64,000 nt of DNA. Origin: Polyangiales bacterium (GTDB lineage Bacteria > Myxococcota_A > Polyangia > Polyangiales > Polyangiaceae). Below, in pieces: positions 15,348-23,978 of this stretch. The notes beneath the pieces were generated by a model. The model saw only the letters and a program-made list of their open reading frames with translations. It had not been told where the DNA came from and ran no database searches. The position numbers and the translations under genes were made by a program. How positions within the stretch are numbered: the first letter of the stretch is position 1; every line of letters starts with the position of its first letter. Where the stretch lies: the NCBI GenBank assembly GCA_038231275.1, contig JBBRLQ010000005.1:64001-128000 (forward strand). The letters are read 5' to 3'.

Positions 15348-17327
15348 CTACTTCAGGCGCGCGCCGGCCGCGACGTCGGGGACTGTCGCCAACGTGAGGG
15401 CCTCGCTCGGTCCCGTCGCGAGGAGCATGCCGTGCGAGACGAGCCCCTTGCCAAAATCGCGCGGCGCGAGGTTGGCGACGACGACGACGCGCCGCCCGAC
15501 GAGCTGCTCGGGCTGGAACGTCAGCGCGAGGCCGGCGACGATCTGACGCGGCTCTGCCTCGCCGACATCGACGGTGAGGCGGAGGAGCTTGTCCTTCTTG
15601 GGGACCTTCTCGCACGTGAGCACGATCCCGACGCGCAGATCGACGGCCGAGAACTGATCATAGGAAATGGTCGCTGTCGCGGTCGCGGTCGTGGTCGTGG
15701 TCGTGCTCGCGGTCGCGGTCGGGTCGGCGGGATCCGTCGGGACTTTGGGGACAAGCTTCTCGAGAAGCGCCTTCTCGGCGTCCTTGTCGTACGTCGGAAA
15801 AAGCGAGCCCGTCGGCGCGAGCGCGTGACCCGTCGCGAGCGGCGTCGCGCCCGCGGGCCAAAAATCGGACCCCTGCGCGAGCGTCAGCGGCGCGAGACCG
15901 AGCTGCTTCCGTAGCTCGCCGCTCTTCGTCGGCATCACCGGCCAGATCATCCGGCTCACCGCCTCGAGCACGGCGAGCAGCGTTCCGAGGATCGTCCCGA
16001 TCCGCGCCGTGTCTCCCTTCTTTGCCTCCGCCCACGGCGCCGCGCGATCGACGTACTGGTTCGCGGCGGCGCAGATCTCCCACGTCGCCTCGAGCGCGCG
16101 GTGCGGCGCGATCGCCTCCCACGCCTCGGCGGCCTCACGCGCCTTGTCGCGCGTCTTGGCCTCGAGCTCCGCCTCGAGCGGCCCGAGCTCGGCGCGCCCA
16201 GGGACCTTGCCTTCCGTCATCTTCGTGCAGAGGCCGAGCGTGCGCGACAGCAAATTGCCTAAATTTTTGCCGAGATCCGCGTTGTACCGCTCGAGCAGCG
16301 CCGCGTGCTCGAAGTCGCCGTCCTGCCCGAACGCGATCGCGCGGAGCAGGTGGTAGCGCAAGACGTCGACGCCGAGCTCCTTCGCGAGGCGCAGCGGATC
16401 GACCGCGTTGCGCAGGCTCTTGCTCATCTTCTGCCCGTCGACGGTCAGAAATCCGTGCGCGTACACCTGCGTCGGCAGCCCCTCGTCGCCATAGCCCGCC
16501 GCGAGCAAAAACGCCGGCCAGTAAATGGCGTGCTGCCGGAGGATGTCCTTGCCGACGAGGTGCACCGCGCGCCCCTTGGGCGGCCAATAACGCGTGAGCT
16601 CGCCGTTGCCGAGGATGCTGCGGTAATTCGCGAGCGCGTCGAACCATACGAACATGATGTGCTCGGGACGGTTCGGAACGGGGATGCCCCACGAGAAGCT
16701 CGTGCGCGACACGCTCAGATCGCGCAGCCCGCCCTCGACGAAGCTGATGACCTCATTGCGTCGTGTCGCCGGCTCGACGAACGAAGGGCGGCGCGCGTAG
16801 AGCTCGAGCAGGGGCTTTTCGTACTTCGAGAGGCGGAAGAAGTAGGTCTTTTCTTTGAGGCGATCGACGGCGCCCTTGTTCGGATGGAGCGGGCAGATGT
16901 TGCCAGGCAGGAGCTCTTTCTCCGTCTTGAACGACTCGCAGCCGACGCAGTACCAGTCCTCGTATTCGCCTTCGTAGAGGTCGCCCTTCTTCTCGATCGT
17001 CGTCCAGAGCTCCTGCACGAAGGCCTTGTGGCGCGCCTCGGTCGTGCGGACGAAATCGTCGGCCTCGATTCCGAGCAGAGGCCACGCCGCGCGGAACTTG
17101 GCGCTCACCTCGTCGACGAGCGCCGTCGGTGTCGTCCCTCGCTCCTTCGCCTCGCGCTCGATTTTGAGGCCGTGCTCGTCGGTGCCCGTGAGCATGCGCG
17201 CGTCCTCGCCGCGGAGCGAATGGAAGCGGCGCAGCGCGTCGGCCGCGATCGTCGTGTACGCCGAGCCCAGGTGCGGCACGTCGTTGACGTAGTAGATGGG
17301 CGTGGTGACGTAAAAAGGCCTGCTCAC
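15348..17327 (-). CDS. metG: Methionine--tRNA ligase with C-terminal tRNA-binding domain
   Basis: 'YVTTPIYYVNDVPHLG', 'GTDEHG', KMSKS, OB-fold 'DLRVGIVL...RQIVAGL'. Confidence 0.97.
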   Translation of the reverse strand: MSRPFYVTTPIYYVNDVPHLGSAYTTIAADALRRFHSLRGEDARMLTGTDEHGLKIEREAKERGTTPTALVDEVSAKFRAAWPLLGIEADDFVRTTEARHKAFVQELWTTIEKKGDLYEGEYEDWYCVGCESFKTEKELLPGNICPLHPNKGAVDRLKEKTYFFRLSKYEKPLLELYARRPSFVEPATRRNEVISFVEGGLRDLSVSRTSFSWGIPVPNRPEHIMFVWFDALANYRSILGNGELTRYWPPKGRAVHLVGKDILRQHAIYWPAFLLAAGYGDEGLPTQVYAHGFLTVDGQKMSKSLRNAVDPLRLAKELGVDVLRYHLLRAIAFGQDGDFEHAALLERYNADLGKNLGNLLSRTLGLCTKMTEGKVPGRAELGPLEAELEAKTRDKAREAAEAWEAIAPHRALEATWEICAAANQYVDRAAPWAEAKKGDTARIGTILGTLLAVLEAVSRMIWPVMPTKSGELRKQLGLAPLTLAQGSDFWPAGATPLATGHALAPTGSLFPTYDKDAEKALLEKLVPKVPTDPADPTATASTTTTTTATATATISYDQFSAVDLRVGIVLTCEKVPKKDKLLRLTVDVGEAEPRQIVAGLALTFQPEQLVGRRVVVVANLAPRDFGKGLVSHGMLLATGPSEALTLATVPDVAAGARLK

Positions 17328-17360
17328 GGCCCAACGCTTACCACTTGTGCAGGCGTGCTC

Positions 17361-18395
17361 CTAGGTCGCGCCGATGCCTGGCGCGGCCAGGTGCGGCGGG
17401 ACGCTGGTACGCGCGAGGCGCGGGGCGCGGTCGAGGGCGCGGCGCAGCGGGAGCATGAAGAGGCGCTCGATCGCGACGCGCTGATCGCGCGGAGGAGGCG
17501 CGTCGGGGACCGAGTGCATGAGGCGCATGTCGCGCACGAGCGCGCGCTGGACGAGCGCGTCGCCGGTGATGGCGCCCACCGGTCGCGGCGCGCGGCCGAC
17601 CATCCACGACGTCACCTCGCTCGGCAGCGGCGAGACGAGGACGACCTCGGTCGTGGCCTGGCGAAGCCACGTCGCCTGGTAAATCGTGGTCATCTGGCCC
17701 ATCGACTCGTGGAACATGAAGCCGCGCCACTCGAGCGGCGTGCGGAGATCGACGACGCGATCGCCGAGGTGCAGCGCGTCGCCGTCGAGCGTGACCGCGG
17801 CGCCGTGCGCGTCGGTGAGGAAGCAGCGCTCGAGGGCCTGCGGGGCCCGCGCGGCGATGAGCTCGACGAAGCGCGCGGCTTGGACCGCCGAGAGAGCGTC
17901 CCCTTCGTCGTCGGCGCCGAGGAGCACGTCGGCCTCGGTCACGGTCGAGGCGCGCGCGAGGAGCTGGCGCGCGCGCGCGGCGTCGTCGGCCCCGCGGATG
18001 CGAACGCGGACGTACCTCGTCCGCTCGCGCGAAGTGAACGCGAGGAGCGCGCGCGTGCGACCTTGATTGGCGAGGACGGTGAGGCCGAACGGCGCGTCGA
18101 AACTGGCCAGCTCGATCTCGCCGTGCTCGTCCTGGCGCGTCACGCGCCCCGGCTCGATCGTCACCCAACGCTTGGGCTGCCGCTTGGGGCGTGGCCGAAA
18201 CGCCAATCCCGCGAGCGCGAGCGCGACGATCGTGCCGGCGATGCCGATGCGTACCGGCAGCGAGACCCCGGGCAACGCCGCCGCCGCCGCCGTGGGCAGC
18301 GCGATCGCAGTGAGGATGGAGCGCCACGAACCTCGATCGTCCTCTGGACCACCAAGCCTCAGCCGCACGATCTCCTGTCCACGCGCCTTTTGCAT
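17361..18395 (-). CDS. Hypothetical membrane-anchored protein
   Basis: Two N-terminal hydrophobic segments and a coding-like composition. No recognised motif; start uncertain. Confidence 0.6.
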   Translation of the reverse strand: MQKARGQEIVRLRLGGPEDDRGSWRSILTAIALPTAAAAALPGVSLPVRIGIAGTIVALALAGLAFRPRPKRQPKRWVTIEPGRVTRQDEHGEIELASFDAPFGLTVLANQGRTRALLAFTSRERTRYVRVRIRGADDAARARQLLARASTVTEADVLLGADDEGDALSAVQAARFVELIAARAPQALERCFLTDAHGAAVTLDGDALHLGDRVVDLRTPLEWRGFMFHESMGQMTTIYQATWLRQATTEVVLVSPLPSEVTSWMVGRAPRPVGAITGDALVQRALVRDMRLMHSVPDAPPPRDQRVAIERLFMLPLRRALDRAPRLARTSVPPHLAAPGIGAT

Positions 18396-18541
18396 TCGCT
18401 CGAGTCCTTCGAAAGCAAGCGCGAACCGCGCCGAAATGCGGCCCGAGATTAAGAGCTAGCACCGATGACTCGGCTTGGCTCCCCCCGGCGGAAAGGCGTG
18501 GAGGAGGATCTCTTACTTTGCTCTCGCGCACGCTCGCGCGG

Positions 18542-20986
18542 CTATTTTTTCGAGGGATCGTTGGGGTCGGAGTCGACGTCGTCGGCCGCGCCGTCGTCGT
18601 CGGCGTCGCGCACCGGCGGCTTGAATCCGGTGACGACTGGCGCCTTGCCGGCGAACGCGTCGGCGAAGAAGCGCGTCGCCATGCTCTGGAGCTCTCGGTA
18701 CGGGCAGCTCACGTAGTAACCGTCGGAGAGGCGAGCGAACGGATCCCGGCGGCCGTCGGTGCTGCCGTACGGCACCGCGTAGCCGCGCTTGCCGCGCTTG
18801 CGAACGGCGTCGTAGCCGTGCTGACCGGGCGACGCTTGGACGACCACCGCGGTGACGCCGGGGACCGGAGTGTCGTGAATGCCCGTGGCGTCCGGCGCGA
18901 CGTCGAGGAGCGGGACGCGCTGCGTGTTGTTTGCCATCGTCTTGATGTCGACGATGCCGGCGTTCGAGCCGACGTTCGGAAGGGCGAGCCCCATCCCCGC
19001 CGCGCGCGCGAGCGCTTCGCCGCCTTCGTTCGCGACGAGCTCGTCGTAAATGACCTCGGTCACGACGATGTTGCGAGGTGACGTTGGCGCGCCCTTGAGC
19101 GGGTGCGGGCGAAGGACGAGGTTCGGCGCGTAGTCGAGTGGATCTCCCGGATCGGCGATCGTCTGCCCGATGACGTTGAGCGGATGCGACTCGTCGAAGC
19201 GCTCGGGGCCGAAGCGGAAGTTGAACGTCGCCGCCGCGCCGAGGAGCGCGCCGATGCCGGGGCCGTGCGCGGCGATCTCGGAGAAGAGCCCGCCGCCCGC
19301 GACGTTCAAGAACCACGCGCGCACGTGCGGCTCGATCGCGGCGGCCGTCGCGCCGGTGATGCCCCCGAACGAGTCGCCGAAGTAGGCGATCTTGTCGCCG
19401 TCGAACTTGGGGACGCCGGCGCCGGTGTCGAGCGGCGAGAGGTCCGGCGCGCTGCGAAGCAGCCGAACGAGCTGCGCGAGGTCGAAGCCCTGCTCGCGAA
19501 GCTGATCGCGGAGGGCCCCCATGTTCTTCAGGTTGCCGAAGAAGTCGACGGGGCCGTTCTCGTCGTCGGCGAGCCCGTCGGGGCCGGCGTACGCCGCGCC
19601 GTTCTTCCCGGCGTACGCGGTCCCTTTGTCGAGCTGGAATTTGGCCTCGGGCGCGCGCGCGCCGAAGGTCACGCCGTCGATCGCCGCCACCGCCCAGCCC
19701 ATCTTCGCCCACGTGTTCCCCATGTCGAGGAGGTACGCGCGCGAGCTCGAGAGGCCGTGCCCGACGATGACGACCGGATATCCGGCGGGCGGCATCGGTG
19801 CCGTCGGGATCGCGATCGTCACCCAGATTTTCGTCGTCGGCGCGTCGGCGGGGAGCGTGGGCTTGCCGCTCGCGTCGATCGCGATCGTGCCGTGATCCAT
19901 CGTGTCGTAGCCGCCGGGTCGGGTCTGAAGGTAATTCTGCGCGGCGAAGACGGCGGTGCCGAGTGCCGAGATCTTGTCGTGCGCGCGCACCGGGAGCTCG
20001 GCGTCGGGATCGTCGGTACCGTCCGGGAGCTTCGCGCTCGCGGCGACCACGCCGAGCCAATCGTCGAGGGATGCGGTGAAGCCGGCCGGCAGCGCGCCGC
20101 TCCCCTTCGCCGCGAAGCGCGCCGCACCCATCGGCGCGACCGTCGCCGCGTCCCACGCGAGGCGTGGCGTCGGCGCGTCCTCGAGCGCGTCACGCATCGC
20201 GTAGAGCGGCTCGGTCATCTTCTGCGTCGTGTACGGCGCGATCGCGACGATCTCCGCGTCCCCGAGCGCGCCCGCGAGCGCCGCGCGCGCCTTGGCGATC
20301 GCGTCGGCGTACATCCCCCGCGCCGCCGTTCCCCGATCGCCGCCCGCGACCGCGCGAAAGTCCGACGATGCGCCGAGCTTCCGTCCTTTGTCGTCCTTCA
20401 CGCGGCTGGTCACGACCGCCGCGTACGCGTGCCCCTCCTCCAAGAGCACTCCACGCGCAGGACCCACCGCGAGCACCGGCCGCGACGTCGCCCGCGCCCG
20501 ATCGTCGTGGAACGCCGCGCGGCACGGTACGCGCGTCTTGGCAGGATCGGCCGCCGCGAGGTCGAGAAAGAACACCGCGCTCCCGTCCGCGACGCAGTCC
20601 GCCTCCGTCTTCGGCAGCGTCGCCGCGTCGAGCGTCGCGGGCATCGGATCGCCGTTGTCGTCGGAGCCCGCCGCGAGATCGTCGATCACGAAGAGGGAAA
20701 GGGCGACCCGCGAGAACCCGTTCGCCTTGCCGAGCTCATGGGACAAAAAGGGCGCGTTGCTCGTGAACCATTTGTCGAGACCCGGGAGCGGGTCCGCGAT
20801 TTTTCCGCCCGTGAGGTAAGCGTCCGACGGGAACGGAACGTCGAGGAACGGCGGCATGTCCGCGACGAGCGAGAACCGCGCGACGACACCGGGCGGCGTC
20901 GTTTTCGTCGACGAGCACGCTGCTCCGAGCGCCGTGACGAGCACGAGCGAACCGAACGCCGGCGCGCGAAGGGAGGTCCAGCGCAT
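18542..20986 (-). CDS. Large alpha/beta-hydrolase lipoprotein (Pla-1/Cef lipase-like)
   Basis: Lipobox 'LGAAC', 'VIVGHGL', nucleophile elbow 'YFGDSFGG', C-terminal Ca-binding-like 'DADDDGAADDVDSDPNDP'. Confidence 0.78.
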   Translation of the reverse strand: MRWTSLRAPAFGSLVLVTALGAACSSTKTTPPGVVARFSLVADMPPFLDVPFPSDAYLTGGKIADPLPGLDKWFTSNAPFLSHELGKANGFSRVALSLFVIDDLAAGSDDNGDPMPATLDAATLPKTEADCVADGSAVFFLDLAAADPAKTRVPCRAAFHDDRARATSRPVLAVGPARGVLLEEGHAYAAVVTSRVKDDKGRKLGASSDFRAVAGGDRGTAARGMYADAIAKARAALAGALGDAEIVAIAPYTTQKMTEPLYAMRDALEDAPTPRLAWDAATVAPMGAARFAAKGSGALPAGFTASLDDWLGVVAASAKLPDGTDDPDAELPVRAHDKISALGTAVFAAQNYLQTRPGGYDTMDHGTIAIDASGKPTLPADAPTTKIWVTIAIPTAPMPPAGYPVVIVGHGLSSSRAYLLDMGNTWAKMGWAVAAIDGVTFGARAPEAKFQLDKGTAYAGKNGAAYAGPDGLADDENGPVDFFGNLKNMGALRDQLREQGFDLAQLVRLLRSAPDLSPLDTGAGVPKFDGDKIAYFGDSFGGITGATAAAIEPHVRAWFLNVAGGGLFSEIAAHGPGIGALLGAAATFNFRFGPERFDESHPLNVIGQTIADPGDPLDYAPNLVLRPHPLKGAPTSPRNIVVTEVIYDELVANEGGEALARAAGMGLALPNVGSNAGIVDIKTMANNTQRVPLLDVAPDATGIHDTPVPGVTAVVVQASPGQHGYDAVRKRGKRGYAVPYGSTDGRRDPFARLSDGYYVSCPYRELQSMATRFFADAFAGKAPVVTGFKPPVRDADDDGAADDVDSDPNDPSKK

Positions 20987-21114
20987 CCACTACCCCTAGC
21001 AAATGTTCGCCGCGCCAGCGGGAAAGGCGTGGCTCGCCCCGCGCAGATCAGGTAAGAAGGCCCTGCGATTTGGCTTGGTTTGTCGGGATTTTCTTGAGCC
21101 GGTAGGAGGCAGTC

Positions 21115-21672
21115 ATGACACGAGTCGGTCAGTGGATCATGGTGGGATCGATTTCGATGTCGCTGGCGGGCGGGTTCGCCGTCGGCTGCGGCAGCACCAC
21201 GACGGACAACCCCGTCGTCGACGCGGGTGGGGACACGTCGGCCGACGTGACGCTCGATCAAGGCGCGCAGGACACCGGCGCCGACGTGAAGGACAGCGGC
21301 GTCGCCTGCGTCGAGGACTCGAGCATCGCGACCCTCTCGCCGCCCGACGCCGCGATCGCCGACGGCGCGAGCAGCGTCGGCATCTGCCTCGGCTGCATCA
21401 AGGGCAACTGCGACACCGAGCTCAACGCATGCGCCGCGGACTGCGTGTGCAACAACGCCGTCGAGGGCATCATCGGCTGCGTCCTCACCGGCACGGCGAT
21501 CACGACGTGCGGGGCGCCGCTCGCCGGCTTGACCGGCAACTCCCAGCTCCTCGGGCTCTCGCTGGGCCAGTGCCTCATCGGCAACTGCCGCGCAGAGTGC
21601 GCGCCGAACATCGACGCTGGCCAGACGGACAGCGCCTCCGACGCGCCGGCCGACGCGCCCGACGCCGGCTGA
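21115..21672 (+). CDS. Cys-rich lipoprotein
   Basis: AGGAGG RBS, lipobox 'AVGC', about a dozen Cys, DAG-rich linkers typical of myxobacterial surface proteins. Confidence 0.75.
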   Translation: MTRVGQWIMVGSISMSLAGGFAVGCGSTTTDNPVVDAGGDTSADVTLDQGAQDTGADVKDSGVACVEDSSIATLSPPDAAIADGASSVGICLGCIKGNCDTELNACAADCVCNNAVEGIIGCVLTGTAITTCGAPLAGLTGNSQLLGLSLGQCLIGNCRAECAPNIDAGQTDSASDAPADAPDAG

Positions 21673-21687
21673 CAGGCTCAGCGCACT

Positions 21688-22464
21688 CTACGCGGCCGGA
21701 CGGAGGAACGCGCGGCGCCGCTCGCGCCACGCGTACCCCGCCGGCAGTCCCAGCGCCTCGAGGCCCGGGACGATGACCTCGATCACGGTCGAGTAGAAGA
21801 GATCGCGCGCGTCGCGGCCGTTGCAGAGGCCGAGGCACGCGCCTTCCTTCGGCGGCGCGGCCGCCGGGTTCAGGTGGGCGAGCTCGTGCTGCTCGAGGTG
21901 CAGGAGCGCAACCTTCAAGTACTCGCCGACACGCGCGAGCGCGGCGCCATCGAGCTGCGATGCGAGCCGACCCGCGAGGCGCCATCCGAAGCGCGCGTGC
22001 CCGACCTCGTCGGCGTAGATCGTCGTGAGCAGCTCGCGCAGCGGCCCTTCCGGCATCTCGAGCCGCTCGGCGCCGATGAGCGCAACCGCGACGGTCTCGC
22101 TCAAGCACGAGATGCTGAGCAGGTTTCGCAGCGCCGCTTCGATGCGCGAGGCGTCGGAGTGCTCGGGCACTTCTTCGAGCGGGGGCGCCTCGAACGTCGC
22201 CTCGCCGCCCAGGGCCTCGACGACTGCGCCGCAGAGGACGCCGTGACGACGCTCCTCGCCCGCGAAGCCGCGGCACTCGGCGACGATCTCCGGCTCGAGG
22301 CCGGCGTCCTCGAGCTGGCGCGCCAGCCCTTCGAAGACGCGCGCGGACGTGTGCTCATTGAGCATGCGCCCACGCCACGTCGCCAACGCAGCCTCCGCGA
22401 GGTGTGGAAGCACCGGTAGGGAGGGCGCGTGGCGACGGGCCTGGACTCTAAGATCGACAATCAT
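21688..22464 (-). CDS. Ferritin-like diiron carboxylate protein
   Basis: E...ExxH...E...ExxH pattern: 'MLNEHTS', 'GEERRH', 'CLSETVA', 'ADEVGHARFGW'; GGAG RBS before ATG at 22464. Confidence 0.85.
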   Translation of the reverse strand: MIVDLRVQARRHAPSLPVLPHLAEAALATWRGRMLNEHTSARVFEGLARQLEDAGLEPEIVAECRGFAGEERRHGVLCGAVVEALGGEATFEAPPLEEVPEHSDASRIEAALRNLLSISCLSETVAVALIGAERLEMPEGPLRELLTTIYADEVGHARFGWRLAGRLASQLDGAALARVGEYLKVALLHLEQHELAHLNPAAAPPKEGACLGLCNGRDARDLFYSTVIEVIVPGLEALGLPAGYAWRERRRAFLRPAA

Positions 22465-22487
22465 GGCAAGCTCCGACGAAAGAACGT

Positions 22488-22949
22488 TCAGGCGAGGAGA
22501 GCGGGCATGGCCGGCGGAACGGGCGGGCCCCACGGCGTGCACGTCCCCGCCGCGGCCCAGCCGATCGCTTCGCAGCACTGGGTGCGCTCGGGCCACGAGA
22601 ACGTCTGCGCCTTGTCGGCGTCCTTCGCGAGGACGGTGCAGCAGGCGCGCGTGAGCACGTCGACGCGCGTATCCGGTTTGTCCGACGGATGCGGATCCTT
22701 CGGGAACGACGCGCTCGCGACCTCGTCCTCGCAGCACTGCTTCTCGGTCTCGCCAGCGTGGTGCTTCGCGCAATAGCTCGCGACGGTCGTCCTGCGCGCC
22801 ACGCTCAGATCGTCGGCGCTCGTGTCCGCAGGGGCGGCGTTCGGATCGGCCGGCGTCTCGACGGTCGCGCCGCCGCAGCCCACCAGCACCGCCGAGAACG
22901 CCAGCTTGGCGGCCGCACGCAGCGCCGCCCGATGAATCTCCGGAGTCAT
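22488..22949 (-). CDS. Cys-rich lipopeptide with three CC doublets and C-terminal CTPWGPPVPP
   Basis: 153 aa, lipobox 'VLVGC', QCCE/ACCT/QCCE; 23 bp upstream of the ferritin-like gene. Confidence 0.75.
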   Translation of the reverse strand: MTPEIHRAALRAAAKLAFSAVLVGCGGATVETPADPNAAPADTSADDLSVARRTTVASYCAKHHAGETEKQCCEDEVASASFPKDPHPSDKPDTRVDVLTRACCTVLAKDADKAQTFSWPERTQCCEAIGWAAAGTCTPWGPPVPPAMPALLA

Positions 22950-23038
22950 TTGTCCCGTCCCCTTTTCGCCGCGCACACCGCGACCACCACCCTTCTAGCG
23001 CACGGGACCGTACGAACAATCATTATGACGTGGATTGT

Positions 23039-23061
23039 ATTGTATGCCCGAACGATACAAT
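23039..23061. promoter_or_regulatory. Inverted repeat / LysR-type T-N11-A box
   Basis: ATTGTAT-N9-ATACAAT perfect inverted repeat in an AT-rich gap between lysR and the lipopeptide gene. Confidence 0.6.
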
Positions 23062-23074
23062 CGTGTCGCGCGCG

Positions 23075-23968
23075 TCAGCGGAGCGGGTTCTTCGTCATCG
23101 TGCGAGCGAAAGCCTCGTAGATGACGCGCCGCGGATCGTCGGCGCGGAAGACGAGGCGGAAGAAGTCGTGCGTGGGGACGACCGACGGGAACACCCTCTT
23201 GAAGGCCCCGCCCTTGAGCTCACGCCGAACGAGGTACGCCGGCAGCACCGCCACGCCGACGCCCGCCGCGACGCGCTGGCGGATCGCCTCGATCGTCCCG
23301 AAGCGCACGATGCGCCCGAACCGCAGCCGATCGCCGCCCGACGGCGCGTCGCGCCAATACCGGTAGAGGGCGAGATCGGCGTCGATGTCCACGAGCGTGT
23401 GCTCCGCGGCGTGCTCGACGCGTGTGAGCGGCCGCTCGCGCAGGAGCTTGGCGGAGCCGACGAAGACGTAGTCCTCGCGGTGCATGCGGATGCTCTCGAG
23501 CTTCGGATCGGTGAAGCGCGACGAGGTGACGGCGCAGTCGATCTCCATCGTGCGCACGCGGAGCAGTAGATCGGAGCCCGAGCCGAAGTAGAGGTGCAGC
23601 TGCAGCTGCGGCTGCTCGCGCGTGAGGAGGTCGAGCTGCGGGAGGATCCACGAGAGGCCGAGCTCGTGGCGCGTGCCGAGGACGATGTCCATCGAGCCGG
23701 GGGCCGTCTCGCCGCCGCCCGCGCGCCCGCACTCTGCCGCGTAATGCAGCGCCTTTTCGGCGGATGGAAGCATCGCGAGCCCCGCCGCCGTCAGCCGAAC
23801 GCTCCGCGTCGTCCGCGCGAAGAGGACGATGCCGAGCTGACCCTCGAGCTGTTTGATGCGCTGCCCGAACGCGGCGGGCGTCAGCGCAACGTCGCGCGCC
23901 GCCGCCCGGAAGCTGAGGAGCTTGGCGGCCGCGACGAAGCAGCGGAGCGACTCGATCGGCGGCAGCAT
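23075..23968 (-). CDS. LysR family transcriptional regulator
   Basis: 'SFRAAARDVALTPAAFGQRIKQLEGQLGIVLFARTTRSVRLTAAG'. Confidence 0.93.
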   Translation of the reverse strand: MLPPIESLRCFVAAAKLLSFRAAARDVALTPAAFGQRIKQLEGQLGIVLFARTTRSVRLTAAGLAMLPSAEKALHYAAECGRAGGGETAPGSMDIVLGTRHELGLSWILPQLDLLTREQPQLQLHLYFGSGSDLLLRVRTMEIDCAVTSSRFTDPKLESIRMHREDYVFVGSAKLLRERPLTRVEHAAEHTLVDIDADLALYRYWRDAPSGGDRLRFGRIVRFGTIEAIRQRVAAGVGVAVLPAYLVRRELKGGAFKRVFPSVVPTHDFFRLVFRADDPRRVIYEAFARTMTKNPLR

Positions 23969-23978
23969 GAAGGAGGCC

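Noticed and set aside
15671-15722. GTCGCG/GTCGTG hexamer run
   Set aside because: Thr/Ala linker between the MetG core and its tRNA-binding domain.
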